64,000 nt of DNA from Candidatus Omnitrophota bacterium (GTDB lineage Bacteria; Omnitrophota; Gorgyraeia; Zapsychrales; Zapsychraceae), in contig JAHFGL010000002.1 in NCBI GenBank assembly GCA_023247445.1, forward strand, positions 64,553 through 128,552. Reading direction: 5' to 3'. Each line of letters opens with the position of its first letter. Position 1 is the first letter of the stretch. Of the stretch, positions 56,910 to 64,000 are shown piece by piece. Position numbers and translations under genes: made by a program. A model generated the notes under the pieces. The model was not told the origin of the DNA. It ran no database searches and saw only the letters and a list, made by a program, of their open reading frames with translations.

Positions 56910-57248
56910 ATGATTAAGAAAAATATTCTATTTATAGCGTTTATGTTTATTGCCACAGCGGTCTCAGCTGAAGAGAGCGTTTTTACCTACAATGATCACG
57001 GCAAGCGTGATCCTTTTTGGATTTTGGTCAATTCTGGTGGAGCGGTTCTTAATTACGATACAGATTATTTGATTGCCGATTTAACTCTTGAAGGAATTAC
57101 GATGGGTGCCAATGGTGATAATGTGGCCATTATTAATGGCCGAGTTGTAAAAATTAATGATACGATTGGTCAGTATATTGTTTCAAAAGTTAATAAAGAT
57201 TCTGTAACCCTCACAAAGGGGCAGGAAACATTTGAATTGAAATTATAA
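56910..57248 (+). CDS. pilP: PilP-like lipoprotein/periplasmic protein
   Basis: signal peptide, C-terminal beta domain (LEGITMGANGDNVAIINGRVVKINDTIGQYIVSKV). Confidence 0.55.
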   Translation: MIKKNILFIAFMFIATAVSAEESVFTYNDHGKRDPFWILVNSGGAVLNYDTDYLIADLTLEGITMGANGDNVAIINGRVVKINDTIGQYIVSKVNKDSVTLTKGQETFELKL

Positions 57249-57265
57249 TTAGGAGGATTTGTCTC

Positions 57266-58648
57266 ATGAAAAAATGGACTATTTTGTTTTTCGTAGTGCT
57301 AGGCTTAGCCTTTACGATTGTCCACGCACAGAATGAAACTAATTCACAAGTGATGGCAGAGTCATCGTCATCCACGGATGAAGCGGTATCAGCACCGCCC
57401 GCTATGGCAGAAAATGTTTCGATAACCAAAGAAGGAAATGTGAGTTTAGATTTTCGTGAGGCCGACATAAAAAATGTTTTACAAATTTTATCTTTTAAAA
57501 GTGGAATAAATATTGTCGCCAGTCCAGATGTCACAGGAATGGTAACGATTCAACTTAATGATGTTCCCTGGCAGCAAGCACTAGATGTTATTTTGCAAAC
57601 GTACGGTTACGCTTATGAGAAAAAGGGCAATGTTATTTTTGTTACAACGGTTGAAAATTTAAAAAAACGTCGAGATGATTCAGCAAGCTTGGCTGAACAG
57701 GAACCACTTGACACAGAAACATTTATCCTCAATTTTGCTAAAGCTTCCGATATCATTACCTCCGTTGAAAAAATGAAGTCAGATCGAGGGACGATTAATT
57801 TTGATCAACGCACGAACACAATTATTATCACGGATACACCTAAGAAAATTGAATTAATGGGAAAAGTGGTAAAAACTTTAGATACAACAACCCCACAAGT
57901 TCTTATTGAAGCAAAAATTGTTGAAACAACCTTTTCAGATACAGACAATCTTGGGGTTGATTGGTTAACTAAAGTGACGGTCAGTGGTGCAAAACGTGCT
58001 TCACAATTTCCATTTACCACGCATTCATCTAATAAATATCTCGAAGATAATGACATCCCGGTTGCGACAGAAACCGACTTTGAATATGGAACTTTAGATT
58101 TTAATCAAGTGCAGGCGGTTTTTGAGGCACTAAAGACTAAGAGTGATACGAATATTCTTTCTAGCCCGCATGTTGTGACTCAGGATAATAAGGCGTCGAC
58201 AATTGTTGTCGGTAGTCAGTATCCTATCCCAACATATACATTTAACGAAGAGCAAGCCCGTCTTCAGGTTTCGGGTTGGGAATATAAAGATATTGGGATT
58301 ATTTTTAACGTGACACCACACGTTAGCTCGGCTGGGTTTGTAACATTAGATGTTGAACCAAAGATTACAGCGATTTTGGATTTCGTAACTGTTGAAAATA
58401 CTTCACTGCCTCGACTCAGTAATGAATCAGCGAAAACAACCGTGATGGTCAAAGACGGAGAAACACTTGTCATTGCAGGGTTGGTTAAAAGTCAGAAGAC
58501 AGATACGAAAAAGAAAATTCCTTTCTTAGGTGATGTCCCCATTCTGGGATACGCCTTTCAGAAGTCTGAGGTCTCAACGACTAAAACGGATATGATGGTG
58601 TTTTTGACACCACACATCGTTACCCCCGAAATTCCCTCAACAAAGTAA
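57266..58648 (+). CDS. pilQ: type IV pilus secretin PilQ
   Basis: signal peptide, N0/secretin_N domains, C-terminal VKDGETLVIAGLVKSQKTDTKKKIPFLGDVPILGYAF...MVFLTPHIV. Confidence 0.85.
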   Translation: MKKWTILFFVVLGLAFTIVHAQNETNSQVMAESSSSTDEAVSAPPAMAENVSITKEGNVSLDFREADIKNVLQILSFKSGINIVASPDVTGMVTIQLNDVPWQQALDVILQTYGYAYEKKGNVIFVTTVENLKKRRDDSASLAEQEPLDTETFILNFAKASDIITSVEKMKSDRGTINFDQRTNTIIITDTPKKIELMGKVVKTLDTTTPQVLIEAKIVETTFSDTDNLGVDWLTKVTVSGAKRASQFPFTTHSSNKYLEDNDIPVATETDFEYGTLDFNQVQAVFEALKTKSDTNILSSPHVVTQDNKASTIVVGSQYPIPTYTFNEEQARLQVSGWEYKDIGIIFNVTPHVSSAGFVTLDVEPKITAILDFVTVENTSLPRLSNESAKTTVMVKDGETLVIAGLVKSQKTDTKKKIPFLGDVPILGYAFQKSEVSTTKTDMMVFLTPHIVTPEIPSTK

Positions 58649-58699
58649 GGATATTTTAGATATCCTTTCATGAAATCCACAGAATAAAAGAGGTGTATT

Positions 58700-60013
58700 G
58701 TGCCTAGGGAAATTCTTATTCAGATTCAAAAGGGCGAATGCCAAGTTGCCATTATTGAACATGGCCACGTTGATGACTTCTTTATTGAAGCGGATCGTTA
58801 TCAATCACTTTTAGGGAATATTTATAAGGGAAAAGTCGAATCGATTTTGCCATCAATTAATGCCGCCTTTGTTAATATCGGCCAACCGCGTAATGGATTT
58901 CTTTATTTGACGGATTCCGTTAGTCCAGAGATGGAAGAAGAGGCCCGACCTCCTCGACGATTTCTAGAAAAAATATTTAAAAAACCTAAAAAGGTTGAAG
59001 ATAAATCGAGGCATGCTAAAAAGCCGCAGGGAGATATTGCTTTTACCGTTGGTCAAGAAATTCTTGTTCAGGTGGTTAAAGATCCATTTGGCGAAAAAGG
59101 AGCGCGATTAACAACGCATGTTTCTTTACCTGGACGTTTTGTTGTCTACATGCCTTTTGATAAACAAACCGGAGTTTCTAAAAAGATTGATAATGTCGAG
59201 GAGCGACAAAGATTGCGTGAAGTTATTAAAGGTTTTACATTCGCTAGTGCGGGAGGTTTTATTATCCGTACCGCATCATCCAAACAGGGCAAGAATGAAC
59301 TTATCCGTGACGCCAAATTTCTTTATAAGCTTTGGGAAAAAATTTATAAAAAATTTGAACAGGAAAAAGCCCCAGCGCTAATTTATGAAGAAGGGGAACT
59401 AACCTGGAAGATTGTTCGTGATTGTTTGACGGATAAGGTTGATCAATTGATTATCGATTCTGCTGAAGAATGTGAGAAGATTAAAAAATTTGTTCATACG
59501 TTAATTGGCCCAGAGATGGTGCAGAAGATTCATCATTATAAAGGTGATGTGCCGTTATTTGAGGCTAAACATGTGGCGAAGGAGCTGAGCAAGATTTATG
59601 AGCCGAATGTTTATTGTAAATCTGGGGCGTATGTCGTTATTGAGCAAACGGAAGGACTCACTGTCGTTGACGTTAATAGCGGAAAATTTAAGCCCAAGGC
59701 TTCTCCTGAAGATGCTGCGTTTATGGTAAATATGGAAGTTGTTCCCGAAATTGCTCGGCAACTACGATTACGCGATTTAGGCGGCATTATTGTGATTGAT
59801 TTTATTGATATGTCACGCGATGATCACAAACGAAAAGTTTATGAATCGCTACAGCGATCGCTTTCGCGAGATCCCGCGAAAACAGAAGTTTACCGAATTT
59901 CGCCTTTAGGGATTGTAGAGATGACGCGCGCCCGAACCGGGAAAACCATTGAATCGATGTATTTTGGTCCTTGTCCTTACTGCGATGGTCGTGGTCGGGT
60001 TAAGTTTGCGTAG
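58700..60013 (+). CDS. rng: RNase E/G family ribonuclease (Rng-like)
   Basis: S1 domain GNIYKGKVESILPSINAAFVNIG, catalytic domain motifs VIEQTEGLTVVDVNSG. Confidence 0.8.
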   Translation: MPREILIQIQKGECQVAIIEHGHVDDFFIEADRYQSLLGNIYKGKVESILPSINAAFVNIGQPRNGFLYLTDSVSPEMEEEARPPRRFLEKIFKKPKKVEDKSRHAKKPQGDIAFTVGQEILVQVVKDPFGEKGARLTTHVSLPGRFVVYMPFDKQTGVSKKIDNVEERQRLREVIKGFTFASAGGFIIRTASSKQGKNELIRDAKFLYKLWEKIYKKFEQEKAPALIYEEGELTWKIVRDCLTDKVDQLIIDSAEECEKIKKFVHTLIGPEMVQKIHHYKGDVPLFEAKHVAKELSKIYEPNVYCKSGAYVVIEQTEGLTVVDVNSGKFKPKASPEDAAFMVNMEVVPEIARQLRLRDLGGIIVIDFIDMSRDDHKRKVYESLQRSLSRDPAKTEVYRISPLGIVEMTRARTGKTIESMYFGPCPYCDGRGRVKFA

Positions 60014-60029
60014 GGTTGATTTCGAAATT

Positions 60030-60101
60030 GTCATGCCCGAATGTTTTAATCGGGCATCCAGTTTTGTTCTCGCTTAGATCCCCACTTTCGTGGGGATGAC
60101 A
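60030..60101. repeat. palindromic structured repeat (tgtcatgcccgaatg...ggatccccactttcgtggggatgaca)
   Basis: near-identical to copy at 62582-62659. Confidence 0.8.
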
Positions 60102-60212
60102 GAGGCCAGGGTGAAAATAAATGTTGAAAAAACAGTCGAAATCAATTACATTAAGGCTTCTATTAAAAGGGACTTTTAGACGAATTTAAGTAGGTAAATC
60201 CAGGAGGTTATT

Positions 60213-60524
60213 ATGTTTGCTGTTGTTAAAGTGGGATCTTCCCAATACAAAGTTAAAGAAGGCGATACAATCGATACGTGTCGACTTAGTGAAGAAGAAG
60301 GTAATACAGTTACTCTTGATCAGGTCTTGATGGTAGCTAGCGAAAAGGATGTTCGCGTTGGCCAACCATTCTTAAAAGATGCCAAGATTACAGCTAAAAT
60401 TGTTCGACATATTAAGGCTGCGAAGGTCATTGCTTTTAAATTTCGCGCGCGTAAACATTTCCGTAATAAAAAAGCGCATCGCCGGGCGCTGACGACGATC
60501 AATATTACCAAGATTTCTGCATAA
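60213..60524 (+). CDS. rplU: 50S ribosomal protein L21
   Basis: MFAVVKVGSSQYKVKEGDTI...; strong SD caggagg. Confidence 0.9.
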   Translation: MFAVVKVGSSQYKVKEGDTIDTCRLSEEEGNTVTLDQVLMVASEKDVRVGQPFLKDAKITAKIVRHIKAAKVIAFKFRARKHFRNKKAHRRALTTINITKISA

Positions 60525-60533
60525 AAGAATACC

Positions 60534-61514
60534 ATGATATTTGTTGATGAAGCCACAATCACTGTCAAAGCAGGCGATGGGGCCAAGGGCTGTGAAAGCT
60601 TCTATCGCGATTTGTATATGCGCTATCGCCGTCCTGATGGCGGAGATGGTGGCAGGGGCAGTGATATAATCTTCATGGCTGCCCGTGGTGTTCAAACCCT
60701 CCTCGATTTTAAAATCAAACAAAAATGTACAGCCTCAAGAGGCGGCAATGCCAGTAGCAGTAATAAAAAAGGAAAAGATGGCGCGCCTTGTATTTTGAAG
60801 GTCCCCGTTGGCACAATTATCCGCGATGCTGAAACAGGATTTTTAATTAAAGATTTATCGGCCGATACGCAATCGGTCATTGTTGCGCGCGGCGGAGCCG
60901 GCGGTCGTGGGAATAATAAAGGAAGAACAGTCACGCCACCGCAGCTCGGTGAACAGCGTCGCATTAAACTCGAATTAAAACTCATTGCTGATGTCGGTCT
61001 TGTTGGGTTTCCAAACGCTGGTAAATCAACACTCATTTCAAATATCTCGCGCGTTAAATCAAAGATCGCTAATTATCCGTTTACCACAAGACAGCCGATT
61101 TTAGGGATTGTCTATGTTGATGATTTTAGTTTTGTTGTTGCTGATTTACCTGGTATTATTGAAGGGGCACATCAGGGACGAGGATTGGGCGATCGATTTT
61201 TGCGCCACGCGGAACGGACAAAGGTTCTTGTCCATTTAATTGATATGGCTGGATCTGAAGGACGTGACCCACTTGATGATTACAAAAAGATTAATTACGA
61301 ATTAAAAGCGTACGCTGAAGAACTTTTTTATAAGCACAAAATTGTTGTGGCGAACAAAATGGATCTTGACGGTGCCCAGGAAAATTTAAAACGTTTTAAA
61401 AAGAAACATAGAATTAAGATTATCCCAATTTCCGCGATTGAAAAAGAAGGGCTAACGGAGTTGGTAGAAAAGATTAAGGATCTTTTGTGCAAAGAACATT
61501 CCCTAGAAAAATAA
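60534..61514 (+). CDS. obg: GTPase Obg/CgtA
   Basis: N-terminal glycine-rich Obg fold FVDEATITVKAGDGAKGCESF..PDGGDGGRGSDIIF, G1 GFPNAGKST, G3 DLPG, G4 NKMD. Confidence 0.9.
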   Translation: MIFVDEATITVKAGDGAKGCESFYRDLYMRYRRPDGGDGGRGSDIIFMAARGVQTLLDFKIKQKCTASRGGNASSSNKKGKDGAPCILKVPVGTIIRDAETGFLIKDLSADTQSVIVARGGAGGRGNNKGRTVTPPQLGEQRRIKLELKLIADVGLVGFPNAGKSTLISNISRVKSKIANYPFTTRQPILGIVYVDDFSFVVADLPGIIEGAHQGRGLGDRFLRHAERTKVLVHLIDMAGSEGRDPLDDYKKINYELKAYAEELFYKHKIVVANKMDLDGAQENLKRFKKKHRIKIIPISAIEKEGLTELVEKIKDLLCKEHSLEK

Positions 61515-62575
61515 AACGAATTGTTATTAAGGTCGGCTCGAGCGTCATTGCAACCTACGCGATGAAGCCCAAGGTCGCGCACCTGCGTTCGTTGGTTAAA
61601 CAGATTTGTACGGTGCAGCGGCAGGGCATTGAAGTAATTTTGGTTAGTTCCGGCGCAATTGTCTTAGGAATGGGCGAATTAAATCAGCGCAAACGTCCGT
61701 CGGATTTGGCCTCACTGCAAGCGTTGGCGGCGATCGGTCAAACGGTTCTTATGCGGACGTATTCAGATTTGTTTAAGAAAAATAAATCCGGCTGCGCGCA
61801 GGTTCTCTTAACGTGGGAAGATTTTGATAACCGCGAACGATTTAATAATGCGAATAATACTTTTGGCGCGATTATTGAGCGCGGCATTGTGCCGGTTGTT
61901 AACGAAAATGACACAATCGCAACTGATGAGATTAAGTTTGGTGACAATGATCGTTTATCATCATTGGTAGCAAGTTTGGTCCACGCGGATTTGCTCCTTA
62001 TTCTTTCAGATGTCGAAGGTCTTTATGATTTGCGAACATCCGACAAAAAATTATTTGATGAAATTAAAGAGATTACCGCCGAGATTGAAGGCGTTGCTTC
62101 GGGTTCAACGAATAAGAATATTTCTAAAGGTGGGATGAGCGCGAAACTTAACGCGATAAAGATTGCGACGCACGCAAACGTTCCTTGTGTCATTGCTCAC
62201 GGAGAAACAGAGAATGTTTTGCTACGGATTTTAAAAGGTGACCGAATTGGAACATTTTTTATGGAACGCGAGGAAAAACTTATCGCGAAGAAGCATTGGA
62301 TTTCCTTTGGCTCGAAACCCAAAGGTTCTATTGTTATTGATGACGGTGCGCGAGAAGCTCTTTTAAAAGGCGGAAAGAGTTTACTTTTGCCAGGTGTCGT
62401 TTCCTGGGATGGACATTTTAAGGCGGATAGTGTGGTTGTCATTTATGATAAGAAGAGTCAGGAAATTGGTCGCGGATTAATTAACTACTCGACGGCTGAT
62501 TTATATAAAATTGAAGATAAAAAAGGTAAGCAAGAAGTTATCCACTGTGATAATTTAGTTTTGTCGCAGCGATAA
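61487..62575 (+). CDS. proB: glutamate 5-kinase with PUA domain
   Basis: RIVIKVGSSVI, amino-acid kinase fold, C-terminal PUA. Confidence 0.9.
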   Translation: MQRTFPRKIKRIVIKVGSSVIATYAMKPKVAHLRSLVKQICTVQRQGIEVILVSSGAIVLGMGELNQRKRPSDLASLQALAAIGQTVLMRTYSDLFKKNKSGCAQVLLTWEDFDNRERFNNANNTFGAIIERGIVPVVNENDTIATDEIKFGDNDRLSSLVASLVHADLLLILSDVEGLYDLRTSDKKLFDEIKEITAEIEGVASGSTNKNISKGGMSAKLNAIKIATHANVPCVIAHGETENVLLRILKGDRIGTFFMEREEKLIAKKHWISFGSKPKGSIVIDDGAREALLKGGKSLLLPGVVSWDGHFKADSVVVIYDKKSQEIGRGLINYSTADLYKIEDKKGKQEVIHCDNLVLSQR

Positions 62576-62581
62576 GCAGTT

Positions 62582-62659
62582 TGTCATCCCCGAATGCATT
62601 AATCGGGGATCTTAGCAAATTATTACTATTTCTGGATCCCCACTTTCGTGGGGATGACA
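62582..62659. repeat. palindromic structured repeat (tgtcatccccgaatgcattaatcggggatc...gatccccactttcgtggggatgaca)
   Basis: termini tgtcatc/gatgaca; hairpins ccccga..tcgggg and ccccac-tttc-gtgggg. Confidence 0.8.
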
Positions 62660-62690
62660 GAATTGAATTAAATATAATCTAGGAAATAAT

Positions 62691-63956
62691 ATGAACGACC
62701 AACTAACACAAACAATTATAAAGATGGCGAAGGCAGCGAAGGTTGCTTCCTACCAAATGTCTTTAGTCAGCACTAAAGACAAGAATATGGCGCTACTAAA
62801 AATGGCCAAGGCGCTTATCGCTAATCAGAAATATTTAATTAGTGAAAATAAAAAGGATTTAGCCGCCGCGCAAAAGGAAAATTATTCCAAGGCCTTAATT
62901 GATCGTTTGACGCTCAATGAAAAGACGATTAAGGGGATGGCGCAGTGTTTGGTGGAAACAGCAGGGCTTAAAGATCCGGTGGGGGAGCTTTTGCGTACAA
63001 TCAAGCGTCCGAATGGACTGCTTATTAAAAAAGTTCGAACACCGATTGGCGTCGTCGGCATTATTTATGAATCACGGCCGAATGTCACTAGTGACTGCAT
63101 TGGACTATGTTTAAAATCAAGCAATGCGGTGATTTTAAAAGGTGGGCGCGAAGCCTTTTATTCAAACAACGCTATTTTTACCGTCCTAAAAAATGTTTTA
63201 AAGAAAACTAAGATTTCAGCTGAGGCGATTCAGTTAGTTGGTGTGACCGATCGTGAGGCCGTTAATATTTTGCTTAAGCAAGATGAGTTTGTGGATGTGA
63301 TTGTTCCACGCGGCGGCGAAGATCTCATTCGATTCGTTGTCGAAAATTCTACAATTCCAGTTATTAAGCATGCTAAAGGGCTTTGCACCATTTATGTCAG
63401 CGATAAAGCGGATTTAAAGATGGCTGAGAAAATTTGTTTTAACGCGAAAGTCCAAAAGCCTGGGGTTTGTAATGCCATGGAGACGATGCTTGTTAACGCG
63501 AAAGTTGCGAAGCGCTTTTTGCCTTTAATGATTAAGGAATTTCATGCGGCCGGTGTTGAAGTGCGCGGTTGTGAGCGGACACGTACTATTCTTAAAGGTC
63601 ACGTCAAACAAGCGACGGATCAAGATTTTGATACGGAATTTTTAGATTTAATTTTGGCGGTGAAAGTCATCGACAGTTTAAAAGACGCGATTGATCACAT
63701 TAACACACACGGCTCGCACCACTCTGATGCGATTGTGACTAAAGATAAAAAAGAAGCCGAAGCGTTTCTAAAGTCTGTCGATTCCGCAAGCCTTTATGTC
63801 AACGCCTCAACACGTTTTACCGACGGCTACGAATTTGGATTCGGCGCCGAGGTCGGTATCTCAACCGACAAACTCCACGCCCGTGGCCCAATGGGGTTGG
63901 AAGAATTAACCACCTATAAATATTTAGTTTATGGTAAGGGACAAATCCGCACGTAA
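62691..63956 (+). CDS. proA: glutamate-5-semialdehyde dehydrogenase (gamma-glutamyl phosphate reductase)
   Basis: aldehyde dehydrogenase fold, catalytic Cys region GVCNAMETMLV, 421 aa. Confidence 0.9.
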   Translation: MNDQLTQTIIKMAKAAKVASYQMSLVSTKDKNMALLKMAKALIANQKYLISENKKDLAAAQKENYSKALIDRLTLNEKTIKGMAQCLVETAGLKDPVGELLRTIKRPNGLLIKKVRTPIGVVGIIYESRPNVTSDCIGLCLKSSNAVILKGGREAFYSNNAIFTVLKNVLKKTKISAEAIQLVGVTDREAVNILLKQDEFVDVIVPRGGEDLIRFVVENSTIPVIKHAKGLCTIYVSDKADLKMAEKICFNAKVQKPGVCNAMETMLVNAKVAKRFLPLMIKEFHAAGVEVRGCERTRTILKGHVKQATDQDFDTEFLDLILAVKVIDSLKDAIDHINTHGSHHSDAIVTKDKKEAEAFLKSVDSASLYVNASTRFTDGYEFGFGAEVGISTDKLHARGPMGLEELTTYKYLVYGKGQIRT

Positions 63957-64000
63957 GTAAATTTTCATCAACATAAAGAAAAACGATGAATCCAAGTTTT

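Overview
AT-rich (roughly 38-40% GC) bacterial chromosomal segment. Every credible gene is on the + strand. My guess is an uncultivated, type-IV-pilus-rich lineage, possibly Omnitrophota/PVC-like, but this is unverified.

Gene content in order:
- ExeA/GspA-like ATPase, a PilP/GspC-like protein and a secretin carrying an N-terminal sigma-70 region-4-like segment. A PHP-domain (EndoQ/TIGR00375-like) protein follows the secretin 4 nt later, then a compact UvrD-family helicase.
- Housekeeping genes (CBS, SpoU/TrmH, GltB-like, CheY-like), a GldA/F/G-like ABC system and a small membrane protein.
- A 2137-aa giant protein with an N-terminal signal peptide, a possible HExxH motif, an internal transmembrane helix and an embedded ComF-type phosphoribosyltransferase (PRTase) domain.
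- A fatty-acid hydroxylase, then an AddA/AddB-like helicase-nuclease pair interrupted by a small GIY-YIG nuclease gene that sits inside a split copy of a palindromic repeat.
- A TPR membrane protein, yggS, proC, mtnP, ileS, dksA/traR-like, lspA and two tandem divergent lgt paralogs, then rluD and aroA.
- The mreBCD-mrdA-rodA cell-shape cluster.
- A type IV pilus supercluster: standalone MshEN-domain protein, pilB, pilB, standalone MshEN-domain protein, pilC, a coiled-coil protein, pilA, pilM, pilN, pilO, pilP, pilQ.
- rng, then rplU followed directly by obg with no rpmA, then proB and proA.

Repeats: at least seven intergenic copies of a structured palindromic repeat family with GTCAT(C/T)C...GATGAC termini, telomere-like YCCTAAA heptad repeats at two loci, and a GTCAC(C/A) array hairpin between mrdA and rodA.

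No rRNA, tRNA or CRISPR array was recognised.
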